This document shows, one piece after another, positions 45,271 through 54,611 of a stretch of 64,000 nucleotides of DNA. The stretch is taken from contig CAYSOX010000003.1 of assembly GCA_964432825.1 (NCBI GenBank), forward strand, positions 10,682 to 74,681, given 5' to 3'. The stretch's first letter is position 1, and the number at the start of each line of letters is the position of its first letter. This DNA comes from an uncultured Lachnospiraceae bacterium (lineage in GTDB: Bacteria; Bacillota; Clostridia; Christensenellales; UBA1242). The notes under the pieces are model-generated. The model was not told the origin of the DNA. It made no database searches and saw nothing but the letters and a program-made list of their open reading frames with translations. The translations under genes and the position numbers were made by a program.

Positions 45271-45600
45271 CTAATTTTTTGGAAGATCTGCCAAAAGTTT
45301 CAAATACTCTTGATAAACAGCATTAACAATTGACTCGTCAATCTCAATTTCGAAATTATCTTCTCCATCTTCACCCTTAGTAACTTTAAATACTAAAGCC
45401 TCTTCGTCGGTCATTCCGTCAAGAAGTTCCACTGGTTGCAAAACAGCATAAAAACTGCCACGATAAACAATTCCAGCAATTTCGATAAATTGAACCTCTT
45501 CACCCTCTTCACTGACAAGGGTTACAATATCGTCATCGTCGTCAACCATATGAACCATCGACTTTGGAGCATTTCCCTTTCCTTCTAAACCATTTTCCAT
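45271..45600 (-). CDS. DUF1292-family acidic protein
   Basis: IVTLVSEEGEEVQF, YAVLQP; canonical position after yqgF. Confidence 0.85.
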   Translation of the reverse strand: MENGLEGKGNAPKSMVHMVDDDDDIVTLVSEEGEEVQFIEIAGIVYRGSFYAVLQPVELLDGMTDEEALVFKVTKGEDGEDNFEIEIDESIVNAVYQEYLKLLADLPKN

Positions 45601-45614
45601 AATATTTCTCTCCT

Positions 45615-46031
45615 TTATTTAGATTTTTTGTCTAGAAAACTTTGTAAAATAATTGTTGCAGCAATTTTATCTACCACATCTTTACGCTTTTCGCGTCTAA
45701 CATTTCCCTCTAGAAGAATGTTTGTTGCCGAAACGGTAGAAAACCTTTCATCTTGTAAAATAATTGGAACACTGGTAAATTTTTTTAATTTTTCAATAAA
45801 TTCATTAACCATTTCAACACTTGAGCCTTCACTCCCATCCATTTTTAAAGGAAGCCCGACCACTATTTTGCCAATATTTTTATCTGCAACCAATTTTGCA
45901 ATATACTTTGCATCATTATTTATAGAGTTTGTTCGTTTATACACCTCCAGTGGGCTTGCTATAATTTCGAGTTCATCACTTTTGGCTATACCTATTCTTA
46001 CCATACCAATATCTAGACAAAGTATTTGCAT
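45615..46031 (-). CDS. yqgF: YqgF/RuvX pre-16S rRNA nuclease
   Basis: LDIG..RIGIA.SD, VVGLP, DERFST, VDKIAA; ATG 46031 after GGGAG. Confidence 0.94.
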   Translation of the reverse strand: MQILCLDIGMVRIGIAKSDELEIIASPLEVYKRTNSINNDAKYIAKLVADKNIGKIVVGLPLKMDGSEGSSVEMVNEFIEKLKKFTSVPIILQDERFSTVSATNILLEGNVRREKRKDVVDKIAATIILQSFLDKKSK

Positions 46032-46070
46032 ATATATTTTCTCCCGAATAAATAATATCATACTTGAAAA

Positions 46071-46098
46071 AAATAGTCCACTAAAAAATGGACTATTT
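46071..46098 (-). terminator. Terminator after the small hypothetical gene
   Basis: AAATAGTCCA...TGGACTATTT plus T-run. Confidence 0.65.
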
Positions 46099-46124
46099 AA
46101 AAAATTAATAACGAATAATTGCAA

Positions 46125-46373
46125 TTAATGGTTCTTTTTAGGACTTAAATTTTCACTTTCCATTGAAACATTTTCCGCTTCTGTCGGACTTTCAATAGAA
46201 GAATTAGCCTTGGATGTGTTGATTTTTTGAACTAAATCATCATACATATCGTTTAACTTTTTAGTTGTACTTGTAAACCATTTTCTAACTTCGGCATTGT
46301 TAGAAGCAAGCATTGCACCAGCCACAAATCCTACACCCACAACAACCATACAGCAACCAATTGAGCGACACAT
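46125..46373 (-). CDS. Small membrane-anchored protein, YtxH-like
   Basis: ATG 46373 after GGAGGG; Gly-rich TM (GVGFVAGA) followed by an amphipathic helix; 0A-box match TTCGACA at 46418-46424. Confidence 0.6.
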   Translation of the reverse strand: MCRSIGCCMVVVGVGFVAGAMLASNNAEVRKWFTSTTKKLNDMYDDLVQKINTSKANSSIESPTEAENVSMESENLSPKKNH

Positions 46374-46556
46374 AGTTTTTCCCTCCTTTTTCGTTATTAG
46401 TCTTATTATCGTCACATTTCGACAAAATATACCTAAATTTTAAAATTAACAAAAAAATTTTGGTAAAAAATACTTTACGCCACCAAAACTTACCACACAT
46501 CAGCCCGAAAGACTAAAATCCTACAACTGATGGCGATAAAATCTAAGATACAACAA

Positions 46557-46945
46557 AAAAAAACGAAAGGTTTCGAGCAGAAACTAAAATTTAACTTGCT
46601 TAAACTTTTGTATCAGATAGTTAACAATATCTGAGGCGAGAGAAATGCGACACCGTTAGGCTACATATTTCTAGAGCCGATGGTTTTACATTCTGTGATG
46701 CCTACATTTATAACGGTAATTGCGTTAGCAAATTGATTGGCAAACTTGTGAGCAAATTAACATCCCTTAGATTATAATATCTGAGAACATCGGAAAGCGA
46801 GGCAAAGCCACATCTCCCAATTGCCGATGGTTTTACATTTTAGGAAGACAAAAATTTGATTTTACAGGTGCGACAGCACCAAATTCTGAGCAGGGTAAAA
46901 AATTTTCCTACCATATATAATGCAAAAAAACGAAAGGTTTCGAGC
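46557..46945. repeat. Composite intergenic repeat bounded by 22-bp direct repeats
   Basis: AAAAAAACGAAAGGTTTCGAGC at 46557 and 46924; internal AATATCTGAG at 46626 and 46776; GCCGATGGTTTTACATT at 46676 and 46823. Confidence 0.85.
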
Positions 46946-47026
46946 CAAGCCAATATTTTATAACAAGCGAGGTTTTTATGTTAACATGGTAATTACAACT
47001 ATTTGATTATTCCTTCCAATCATAAA

Positions 47027-47923
47027 CTAGATTATTGAATCTACAAAATCTTTGGCATTAAAATCCAACAAATCGTCTATTCCCTCTCCCACACCAACAA
47101 ATCTAATTGGAATAGTGTATGTTGCTTGTAAACCTATCAAAAAGCCCGCCTTGCTGGTTCCATCCAATTTCGTTACCACTAAATCTGTAACATCTACGGC
47201 TTCATCAAATGCTTCTAATTGATTAAATGCATTTTGACCAGTTGTTCCGTCTAAAACTAAAAATTTATGATATGAGGCTTCTGGAAATTCTCTTTCTACC
47301 ACACGAGATATTTTTTTAAGTTCTTCAATTAGATTTGTTTTATTATGCAATCTTCCGGCAGTATCAATTATTAAAACATCGTCCTTTTTTGCTTTGGCAC
47401 TTTTTATTGCATCAAAAACAACCGCGCCCGCATCAGTTCCCTCTTCACTACGAACAATTCGAACATTTGCCCTATCTGCCCAAACCGAAAGTTGGTCACT
47501 TGCGGCGGCTCTAAAAGTATCAGCGGCTGCAATAACCACCGATTTTTTCTGGTCAGAAAACATTCTTGCAAGTTTTCCAATTGTAGTAGTTTTGCCAACT
47601 CCATTTACGCCGACAACCATAATTACTAGCGGATAACTGAAATCTTGCAATTCATTTTCTTCTAGTTTTTCAACCAAAATTTCCTTTAAAATTTCCTTGG
47701 CATCTTCGGTTTTTTTGGTTAATTGAGCCTTTGCGCGTTCACGCATTTCATCAATTATACCCTCAACCGTTTCAGGGTCAATGTCAGCCGAAACCAAAAC
47801 AAACTCCAACTCTTCAAAAAAGTCATCATCTAACTCATTTTTGCTGAATACATATTTTAATTTGTCTGAAAGTGCTGTTTTTGTCTTTTTTAGCCCGTTA
47901 AATAATTTACTGAAAAATCCCAT
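47027..47923 (-). CDS. ftsY: SRP receptor FtsY
   Basis: GVNGVGKTTTIGK, DTFRAAA, DTAGR, TKLDG. Confidence 0.97.
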   Translation of the reverse strand: MGFFSKLFNGLKKTKTALSDKLKYVFSKNELDDDFFEELEFVLVSADIDPETVEGIIDEMRERAKAQLTKKTEDAKEILKEILVEKLEENELQDFSYPLVIMVVGVNGVGKTTTIGKLARMFSDQKKSVVIAAADTFRAAASDQLSVWADRANVRIVRSEEGTDAGAVVFDAIKSAKAKKDDVLIIDTAGRLHNKTNLIEELKKISRVVEREFPEASYHKFLVLDGTTGQNAFNQLEAFDEAVDVTDLVVTKLDGTSKAGFLIGLQATYTIPIRFVGVGEGIDDLLDFNAKDFVDSII

Positions 47924-48341
47924 AATTAATTCCTTATTATATATTTTTTCTTTATATATTGCTATATTCTTTAAAGTTTAAAAAAATCAACCTTTTAAAA
48001 CTTGCAATTTTTAGCCCGTGAAACTTTATTACACTTCTAACGCAAAATGAAATAAGCTATTAATATTTAAACCTAAAGTTCACAAATTAGCGTAAAATCT
48101 ATTTTGTACTCGCAAGTTGGCCATCTTTTTGCCTATGTTTTATAAGCCCATTATTTTTGGGGTCACATCCAATTATGTTTTTGAGAGTTTTATACCTAAA
48201 ACTCAAGCAACCGTTATTTTAGCCGTGTTCTATGCAACCGCAATTTCCACCGAAAACAATAAAACCAATGTTTTTATAAAAGGTTTTGTTTAAGTTTATC
48301 ATAATCTAGTTGTATTCAGAGTTTCACAAATGGTTATTTCG

Positions 48342-48425
48342 GGCGGATTCCCCCAAAAATTTGTAAATATTTGGGGGGAGTTGCGATAGCAACAATTTTG
48401 AATGTTTTTCAAAATTGAATCCGCC
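48342..48425. other. Four-way-junction (cloverleaf) palindromic element
   Basis: Outer stem GGCGGATTC/GAATCCGCC enclosing three hairpins: CCCCAAA..TTTGGGG, GTTGC-GATA-GCAAC and AATTTTGAA..TTCAAAATT. Confidence 0.75.
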
Positions 48426-48544
48426 AAACTCCCACGCATCTTACAAAAATCCTATTAAAAAATTCAATTAATTTCTTTTAATTGCCCATAAATGGCTTAA
48501 AGAATATTTTTATTCTCTACCCCAAAAACTCGACCACAAAACAT

Positions 48545-51500
48545 TTATTTTGCCGATTTTATAGCCTCTGAAAGTTGAACAGAAACAACCTTTGAAACAC
48601 CTCTTTCTTCCATCGTAACACCATACAACGTGTCGGCAAGTTCCATTGTTGGTTTACGGTGTGTGATAACAATAAATTGAGTATAATTTGAAAATCTTTT
48701 CAAATATTTTGCATAACGCTCAACATTCGCATCGTCTAGTGCAGCCTCAATTTCGTCTAGCACACAGAAAGGCATTGGCTTCAACTTTAAAATCGCAAAC
48801 AATATTGCAATTGCTGTCAACGCACGCTCGCCACCAGACAACAACTGGATATTTTGCAATTTTTTACCCGTTGGCTCGGCTGCTATTTCTATACCACACT
48901 CCAAAGGATTATCTGGCTCACTAAGTTTTAATTCGGCACGACCACCACCAAACAACTCTCTAAATACGCCTTGGAAATTGGTGTTTATTTTATCAAACTC
49001 GGTTTTAAATTTAACTTCCATTTCTTCGGTTAAGCCGTTTATGATTTTATTTAAGTCGTTTTCTGCATTAACCAAATCATCTCTTTGGGCGCTTAAATCG
49101 TTAAATCTTACACTTACATCTGAAAGCATTTCAATTGCGTTTACATTTACCGCACCTAGGTTTTGAATCTGTTTTTTCAATTTCCCGCTTTCCTGCAAAC
49201 CCTCTTGAATGTTGTGGTTTTCTAGTTTATATTCTAATGCCGTTGCATAGGTTAATCCATATTCTTCCCAAACCCGCTCTTGCATTTGCTCTATATCCGA
49301 ATCTATCTTAATTAATAAATTTTCCTCTTTATACTTACGGTCGTTAGCGCGTTGCAATTCTGAACTTATAACCAATTTCTTTTCAGATAATTCTTGCAAT
49401 TTCTTGTTTAGTTCTTTTTTTGTCGTATCAAAATTTGCAAGTTCGTCACGGGTCTTTTGAAGTGCATCCATATTGGATTGATACAAATTTCTATCAACCG
49501 TTTTGCTTATTTCACCCTCAAGTTCCAAAATATCTGTAGACAGTCGTTCGATTTCCAACTTATTAATTCTTATATCTTTATTAAGTCTTTCAATCAAATC
49601 GTTTAATCGCAAAGTTTCAGCCTCCAAGGAAACCTTATCGCTTTCATTGGATGCTTTTTTAACTTTTAATTCAGTCAATTCATCCGAAATTGACTTTCTT
49701 CTTTGCTTTTTCGCATATAATTCAGGATTTTGTATTGTATCACCCGTTCCGCCATTGTCAATCTCTTCACCAAAATTTTTATATGCAACCAATTTTTCTT
49801 CAAGCGCTTTTTTATTGGACTTTAACCTATCTTCACTTTCATCAAATTTTAAACTTTCAGATGCAAATTGTGTTAAATTTTCATTTAATTTGTTCAAATT
49901 TTCAGAATGTTTGGTAATTTCAATATCTATATCATAAATTGCCGAATCTAATTCTTTTAATGCATCCTCAAAGGTTGATTGTTGAGATTTTATCTGCTCC
50001 AATTCGGCAGACTTGGTTTCTTTTTGTAACCTTAACTCTTCCAATCGTTTCTCAGCATCAACGATTTCTCGTTCTCTACCAATAAGTGAAACTCCCTGAA
50101 CCTTTTTGCTTCCACCACTCATTGTTCCTGCAGGGTTAATCACATCCCCGTCTAAAGTTACAATTTTAAAAGAGTATCTTGTAGACCTTGCAAGGTTTAC
50201 AGCCGAATCCATATTTTCAACAATTACTGTTGAGCCTAAAAGCGCATTAAACACCTTTTCATATTCCGAATTGAACTCAATTAGACTGGTTGCAACCCCA
50301 AAAACTCCAGCGGTACGATTAATAATTGGCAAAAACTCATCTGCAATTTTACGAGGCTTGATACTAGTCATTGGCAAAAATGTTGCACGACCAATATTGT
50401 TATCCTTTAAATATTGGATAACATATTTTGCATCTTCCTCATTTTTTGTTACTACATTTTGAACGGCACTTCCAAGAGCCATATCAATGGCACTTTCAAA
50501 TTGTTCGGGAACACTCATAAGTTTTGCAACAACATTTACAAATTTACCACCTAGAGTTGAGTTGTCCTTTGCGTCTTGCAATAGTTTTCTAACCGAGGCA
50601 ACATAACCCTCATTTTCCTTTTGCATTTCTTTCATTAAATTTATTTTACTTGAAAGACTTCGGGTTTCGGCATCAATATCAATAATATCTTCTTCAATAC
50701 CCGCAATTTTGTAGGCAAATTTGATATTTGATTGCTTTTGCTCACGCTGTTGTTCTTGTTTTTTTGATTTTTGAGCCTCTAATTCTTTAATTTCGGTTTT
50801 GTATTTTTCAATCTCTAATGTTACATCATTATATTTTTTTGAACACTCTTCACGACTGCTATCCAGTTCGTCTAATCTTTCATCAATCGCTTTAATTTCC
50901 GCTTCTAATCCTGAAATTTGAGCCTTGATATCCCCTAATTTTCCTAAATTGTCCACCAACTTTTGTGTTTCCTCGGCATTTTTATTTTCCATATTAGAAA
51001 TATCAAATTCCAAATTTTCTAAGTCTGCGGTAAGTTCGTCAATTCTTGAAACCAATTCACCCAAAACAATTTCTTTTAAGCCTTTTTCTTTTTCAGTCTC
51101 CGTAAGTTTTTCTTTATTCTCGTCAAACTCCGTTTGGTCAACAGATACCGCTTCTATAAGTTTTTCACGAGAAGCCTTTAAACTATTAATTTTTTCTTGC
51201 AAAAGTTTAGTTTCACCCGCTTGTTTCTCTAAACCTACCGTTAAATTAAGCAACTCATCTCTAAGTCTTGTTATTGTTTGGTCGGTTGAATCAATTTGAT
51301 TTGCAGTGTAATTATAGTCATCCACCGTTTCATCAAACTCTTTTGTTTTTAATTCAATTTCTTCAATAGCACCATTTAGACGGTTGTTAATTTCTTCCTT
51401 TTGTGAGGCTGAAGAATCATATTGATAAATATAGTTATTGATTTCCAATGACTTTAATTTTTCTCTTAAATCCAAATACTTTCGCGCCGTTTCAGCCTGT

Positions 51501-52120
51501 GAGGTTAGTGGAGCAAGTTGAATTTCCAACTCATGTAAAATATCATTGATTCGCACCAAATTTTCTTGAGTGTTATTCAATTTTTTTAGCGATTCCATTT
51601 TTCGGTTTTTTAATTTAGAAATACCCGCAGCCTCTTCAAAAACTGCACGCCTATCTTCTGGCTTAGCACTTAAAAGTTCATCTATTCGACCCTGCCCAAT
51701 AATAGAATAACTTTCTCGACCCATACCACTATCACGCAAAATTTCTTGTATGTCTTTCAATCTGCAAGGTGTTTTATTTATTGCATAACCACTCTCACCC
51801 GAGCGGTATAACTTTCGAGTTAAAACCACCTCGTCATAATCCACATTAAAAATTTTCTCTGTATTGTCAAAATACAAAGAAACTTCTGCAAAACTTTGAG
51901 GTTTTCTTTTTTCTGTTCCGTTAAAAATTACATCTTGCATATTTGAGCCACGCAGTGCCTTCGCACTTTGCTCACCTAAAACCCATCGTATAGAATCGGC
52001 AACATTACTTTTTCCGCAACCGTTCGGCCCAACAATACCTGTAACTCCCGACTCAAATTGAACTTGAACTTTATCTGCAAAAGATTTAAAGCCATAAATT
52101 TCCATCTTTTTGAATTTCAT
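48545..52120 (-). CDS. smc: Chromosome segregation protein SMC
   Basis: GFKSF, GPNGCGKSN, hinge GRATFLP, LSGGE, LDEIEAALD. Confidence 0.98.
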   Translation of the reverse strand: MKFKKMEIYGFKSFADKVQVQFESGVTGIVGPNGCGKSNVADSIRWVLGEQSAKALRGSNMQDVIFNGTEKRKPQSFAEVSLYFDNTEKIFNVDYDEVVLTRKLYRSGESGYAINKTPCRLKDIQEILRDSGMGRESYSIIGQGRIDELLSAKPEDRRAVFEEAAGISKLKNRKMESLKKLNNTQENLVRINDILHELEIQLAPLTSQAETARKYLDLREKLKSLEINNYIYQYDSSASQKEEINNRLNGAIEEIELKTKEFDETVDDYNYTANQIDSTDQTITRLRDELLNLTVGLEKQAGETKLLQEKINSLKASREKLIEAVSVDQTEFDENKEKLTETEKEKGLKEIVLGELVSRIDELTADLENLEFDISNMENKNAEETQKLVDNLGKLGDIKAQISGLEAEIKAIDERLDELDSSREECSKKYNDVTLEIEKYKTEIKELEAQKSKKQEQQREQKQSNIKFAYKIAGIEEDIIDIDAETRSLSSKINLMKEMQKENEGYVASVRKLLQDAKDNSTLGGKFVNVVAKLMSVPEQFESAIDMALGSAVQNVVTKNEEDAKYVIQYLKDNNIGRATFLPMTSIKPRKIADEFLPIINRTAGVFGVATSLIEFNSEYEKVFNALLGSTVIVENMDSAVNLARSTRYSFKIVTLDGDVINPAGTMSGGSKKVQGVSLIGREREIVDAEKRLEELRLQKETKSAELEQIKSQQSTFEDALKELDSAIYDIDIEITKHSENLNKLNENLTQFASESLKFDESEDRLKSNKKALEEKLVAYKNFGEEIDNGGTGDTIQNPELYAKKQRRKSISDELTELKVKKASNESDKVSLEAETLRLNDLIERLNKDIRINKLEIERLSTDILELEGEISKTVDRNLYQSNMDALQKTRDELANFDTTKKELNKKLQELSEKKLVISSELQRANDRKYKEENLLIKIDSDIEQMQERVWEEYGLTYATALEYKLENHNIQEGLQESGKLKKQIQNLGAVNVNAIEMLSDVSVRFNDLSAQRDDLVNAENDLNKIINGLTEEMEVKFKTEFDKINTNFQGVFRELFGGGRAELKLSEPDNPLECGIEIAAEPTGKKLQNIQLLSGGERALTAIAILFAILKLKPMPFCVLDEIEAALDDANVERYAKYLKRFSNYTQFIVITHRKPTMELADTLYGVTMEERGVSKVVSVQLSEAIKSAK

Positions 52121-52133
52121 TCTTCAATTCCTT

Positions 52134-52799
52134 TTAAACCTTTGTTAGTTTTTTTATTGCAACACCTGCTGCAACTGTTTCCGCTTGACGCTTAGAACTT
52201 CCCGTTCCTCTTCCCATACAGACACCATTAACCATTACCGATGCTGTAAAAGTTGGGTTATGGTCGGTACCAGACTTATTTGTCGTGTATTTTATGCTAT
52301 CATTTTTTAACATTTCTTGCAGTTTGCTTTTAGAATCTTCCAACTCCTCAAGACTTTCCATCGTCATTATTGTATTAAAGAAGTTTTTAGAAACAAACTC
52401 ACGGGCTTTTTCAAGTCCGCCATCTATATAAATTGCACCAATAATCGCCTCCATTAAATCAGCTTTCATATTGTCGGTGATACAACTTCTGTTCGCACCC
52501 GAAAATTGAAGATATTTAACAAGCCCTAATCCTTCAATAAGTTCGGCAAGCGGATGCATTGACACAATTTTTGACCTAAGTTTTGAAAGTTGTCCTTCAT
52601 TGTAGTCCATATCCGAATAAATTCGCTCACTCACAATTGTACTCAACACGGTATCTCCCAAAAACTCCAATCGCTCATTGCTTGCTATATGAAAATTATT
52701 TGCAAAACTTGAGTGAGTAAATGCGGTAACAACTAAATTTTTATCCTTAAATTTATAATTGATTATTTTTTCTATATTCTTAATATCTTCTGACTGCAT
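52134..52799 (-). CDS. rnc: Ribonuclease III
   Basis: NERLEFLGD, EAIIGAIYIDGG, dsRBD. Confidence 0.96.
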   Translation of the reverse strand: MQSEDIKNIEKIINYKFKDKNLVVTAFTHSSFANNFHIASNERLEFLGDTVLSTIVSERIYSDMDYNEGQLSKLRSKIVSMHPLAELIEGLGLVKYLQFSGANRSCITDNMKADLMEAIIGAIYIDGGLEKAREFVSKNFFNTIMTMESLEELEDSKSKLQEMLKNDSIKYTTNKSGTDHNPTFTASVMVNGVCMGRGTGSSKRQAETVAAGVAIKKLTKV

Positions 52800-52808
52800 T
52801 TCTACCTC

Positions 52809-53840
52809 CTATTCGGTTATGTATTTTGAAAGTTCGTTTTCCAATTCATTATTGAATCCACTTAAGAAAATTTCTCTACAAAGTGAAATCGAACCCAAAA
52901 TTGCAACTCTATCAGACGAGCCATGCGATTTGACTACAACTCTTTTGCAACCTAAAAATGGCGAACCACCAATTGCATTATAATCCAACTTTTTAGCAAG
53001 TCTTTTTAATGGTTTTTTTAATAAAAGATAGCCAAGTTTTGCCTTTATTCCACCACCCAAAATCTCTTCCTTTAAACTTTTTAGAATAAATCTACCCGTT
53101 CCCTCACTTGATTTTAAAGCGACATTTCCAGCAAAGCCATCCGTTACCACAACATCATATTCACCACTCATTATATCTCGGGCTTCCATATTTCCTACAA
53201 AATTGATTCCTTGCATATTTTTTAACATTTCAAATGCTGAATGTGTAAGTTCATTCCCCTTTTTATCTTCGACACCAACATTTAACAATGCCACTTTCGG
53301 ATTTTGAATACCATACATTTTTTTCATATATATGGAACCCATAAGTGCAAATTGACATAAAAATTCTGGCTTTGAATCCATATTTGCACCGCAATCAATC
53401 AATAATGTTTTACCATTTTTTAAATTTGGAAAAAGTGGCGAAAGTGCCGGTCTTTTTATACCACCCATTCTGCCAAGTTTTAACAATGCACCCGTTAAAA
53501 CAGCACCTGTTGAGCCTGCCGAAACAAATCCCGCGATATTTTCATCAGGATGATTATTTATATAATCAAGCGCAACCACTATTGAACTATCTTTTTTAGA
53601 ACGCACAGCAATAGTTGGTGACTCTTCATTAGTGATAACTTCGGTTGCATTTAAAACTTCAATTTTCCCGCCTGTGTACCCCGCGTTAGTTAAAAGTTCT
53701 TTCAGTTTATTTTCTTCGCCTGTTATCACAATAGAAAGGTCGTCGTATTTTTTGACCGAATCAATTGCTCCTAAAACAACTTCATCGGGTGAATTATCAC
53801 CACCAAAACCATCTAGAACTACTTTAATATTTTCTTGCAT
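52809..53840 (-). CDS. plsX: Phosphate acyltransferase PlsX
   Basis: GGDNSP, SAGSTGA, DCGAN, DGFAGNVALK, KSHGSS; ATG 53840. Confidence 0.96.
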   Translation of the reverse strand: MQENIKVVLDGFGGDNSPDEVVLGAIDSVKKYDDLSIVITGEENKLKELLTNAGYTGGKIEVLNATEVITNEESPTIAVRSKKDSSIVVALDYINNHPDENIAGFVSAGSTGAVLTGALLKLGRMGGIKRPALSPLFPNLKNGKTLLIDCGANMDSKPEFLCQFALMGSIYMKKMYGIQNPKVALLNVGVEDKKGNELTHSAFEMLKNMQGINFVGNMEARDIMSGEYDVVVTDGFAGNVALKSSEGTGRFILKSLKEEILGGGIKAKLGYLLLKKPLKRLAKKLDYNAIGGSPFLGCKRVVVKSHGSSDRVAILGSISLCREIFLSGFNNELENELSKYITE

Positions 53841-54022
53841 AAAACTCGCCCCTCGCATTTTGTATTTTTAAAGCCTTCGCCTTATCTAATTAAGACATAA
53901 TGAAAGAAATTTTTGGGTTATTCTCCCCACAAAAACTCTCACTAGTGCCATTAAACCTCTTTTATTATACACTAAAATACTTCTCTTTCAAAGCAAATTA
54001 AAGGATTTTTTAAAATAAAAAA

Positions 54023-54059
54023 CACACCTACCTTACAAAATGATTTGCAAGTAGATGTG
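54023..54059 (-). terminator. Terminator after rpmF
   Basis: CACATCTACTTGCAAA...TTTGTAAGGTAGGTGTG followed by a T-run. Confidence 0.7.
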
Positions 54060-54083
54060 AATTTATATGTGCTGAAAGGAAAT

Positions 54084-54278
54084 TTACTTCGCCTTTTTGT
54101 CTGAAGAAACTTCAATTTGTTTTTGACCATCATAGTAACCACACTTAGCACATACGCTGTGTGCAACTTTTGATTGATGGCATTGTGGACATTCTACAAC
54201 TGTTGGCGCATTTGCTTTCCAGTTTGCAACTCTTGATCTGCCCTTAGACTTACTAATCTTACTCTTTGGAACTGCCAT
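54084..54278 (-). CDS. rpmF: 50S ribosomal protein L32
   Basis: MAVPK, CPQC...C..CGYY. Confidence 0.97.
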   Translation of the reverse strand: MAVPKSKISKSKGRSRVANWKANAPTVVECPQCHQSKVAHSVCAKCGYYDGQKQIEVSSDKKAK

Positions 54279-54324
54279 TATCTTTCCTCCCTACTTATTA
54301 TTCTTAAATGTTTAAGCAGACAAT

Positions 54325-54353
54325 ATTATATTACACTAATTAACTTTTGTCAA
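54325..54353 (-). promoter_or_regulatory. Consensus sigmaA promoter of rpmF
   Basis: TTGACA-N17-TATAAT. Confidence 0.85.
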
Positions 54354-54401
54354 TTAGAATTTTAAAATTTGCTTATTTTTTTATAAATCATAATATATAT
54401 A

Positions 54402-54547
54402 CTATGTGATGTTGATTTTCTCACAAGTTCGCCAATCTATCTACCGACGAAAACCCCGTTGTAAATAACGGCATCACCATATAATAAAATCGTAAACTCG
54501 AGACACCTAAAACCTCGCAGTGTTGAATTTCTCCCGCCTCAAATATT
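54402..54547 (-). repeat. Inverted, diverged copy of the about 150-bp unit at 46626-46770
   Basis: Hand alignment gives 44/63 and 58/76 identities in two ungapped blocks. Confidence 0.8.
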
Positions 54548-54611
54548 ATGCATATTGTTTAATTAAAAACTAATTTAGTTTACATTAAACCTTTTTATCT
54601 TCACTTCAATT

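Noticed and set aside
46628-46777. Coding potential of the 150-bp repeat (49 open codons on +)
   Set aside because: No start codon or SD, and the second copy has in-frame stops; several synonymous-looking changes leave a decayed-gene origin possible but unsupported
46735-46830. c-di-GMP-I riboswitch (GGCAAAC...GCAAAGCC)
   Set aside because: The spacing and the P2 GAAA stem/receptor are absent
46860-46885. SRP RNA next to ftsY (CAGG...CAGCA)
   Set aside because: The helix-8 pattern CAGG-NNN-GNRA-NNN-AGCAG is not met; it is a simple 5-bp hairpin
48342-48425. tRNA gene
   Set aside because: No D-loop GG, no TTCRA T-loop, no 7-nt anticodon loop and no CCA
53972-54166. 64-aa ORF overlapping rpmF
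   Set aside because: Alternative frame running through the rpmF terminator; no SD
54402-54480. Purine or ZTP riboswitch
   Set aside because: Only short word matches; it lies upstream of the rpmF promoter and belongs to the dispersed repeat
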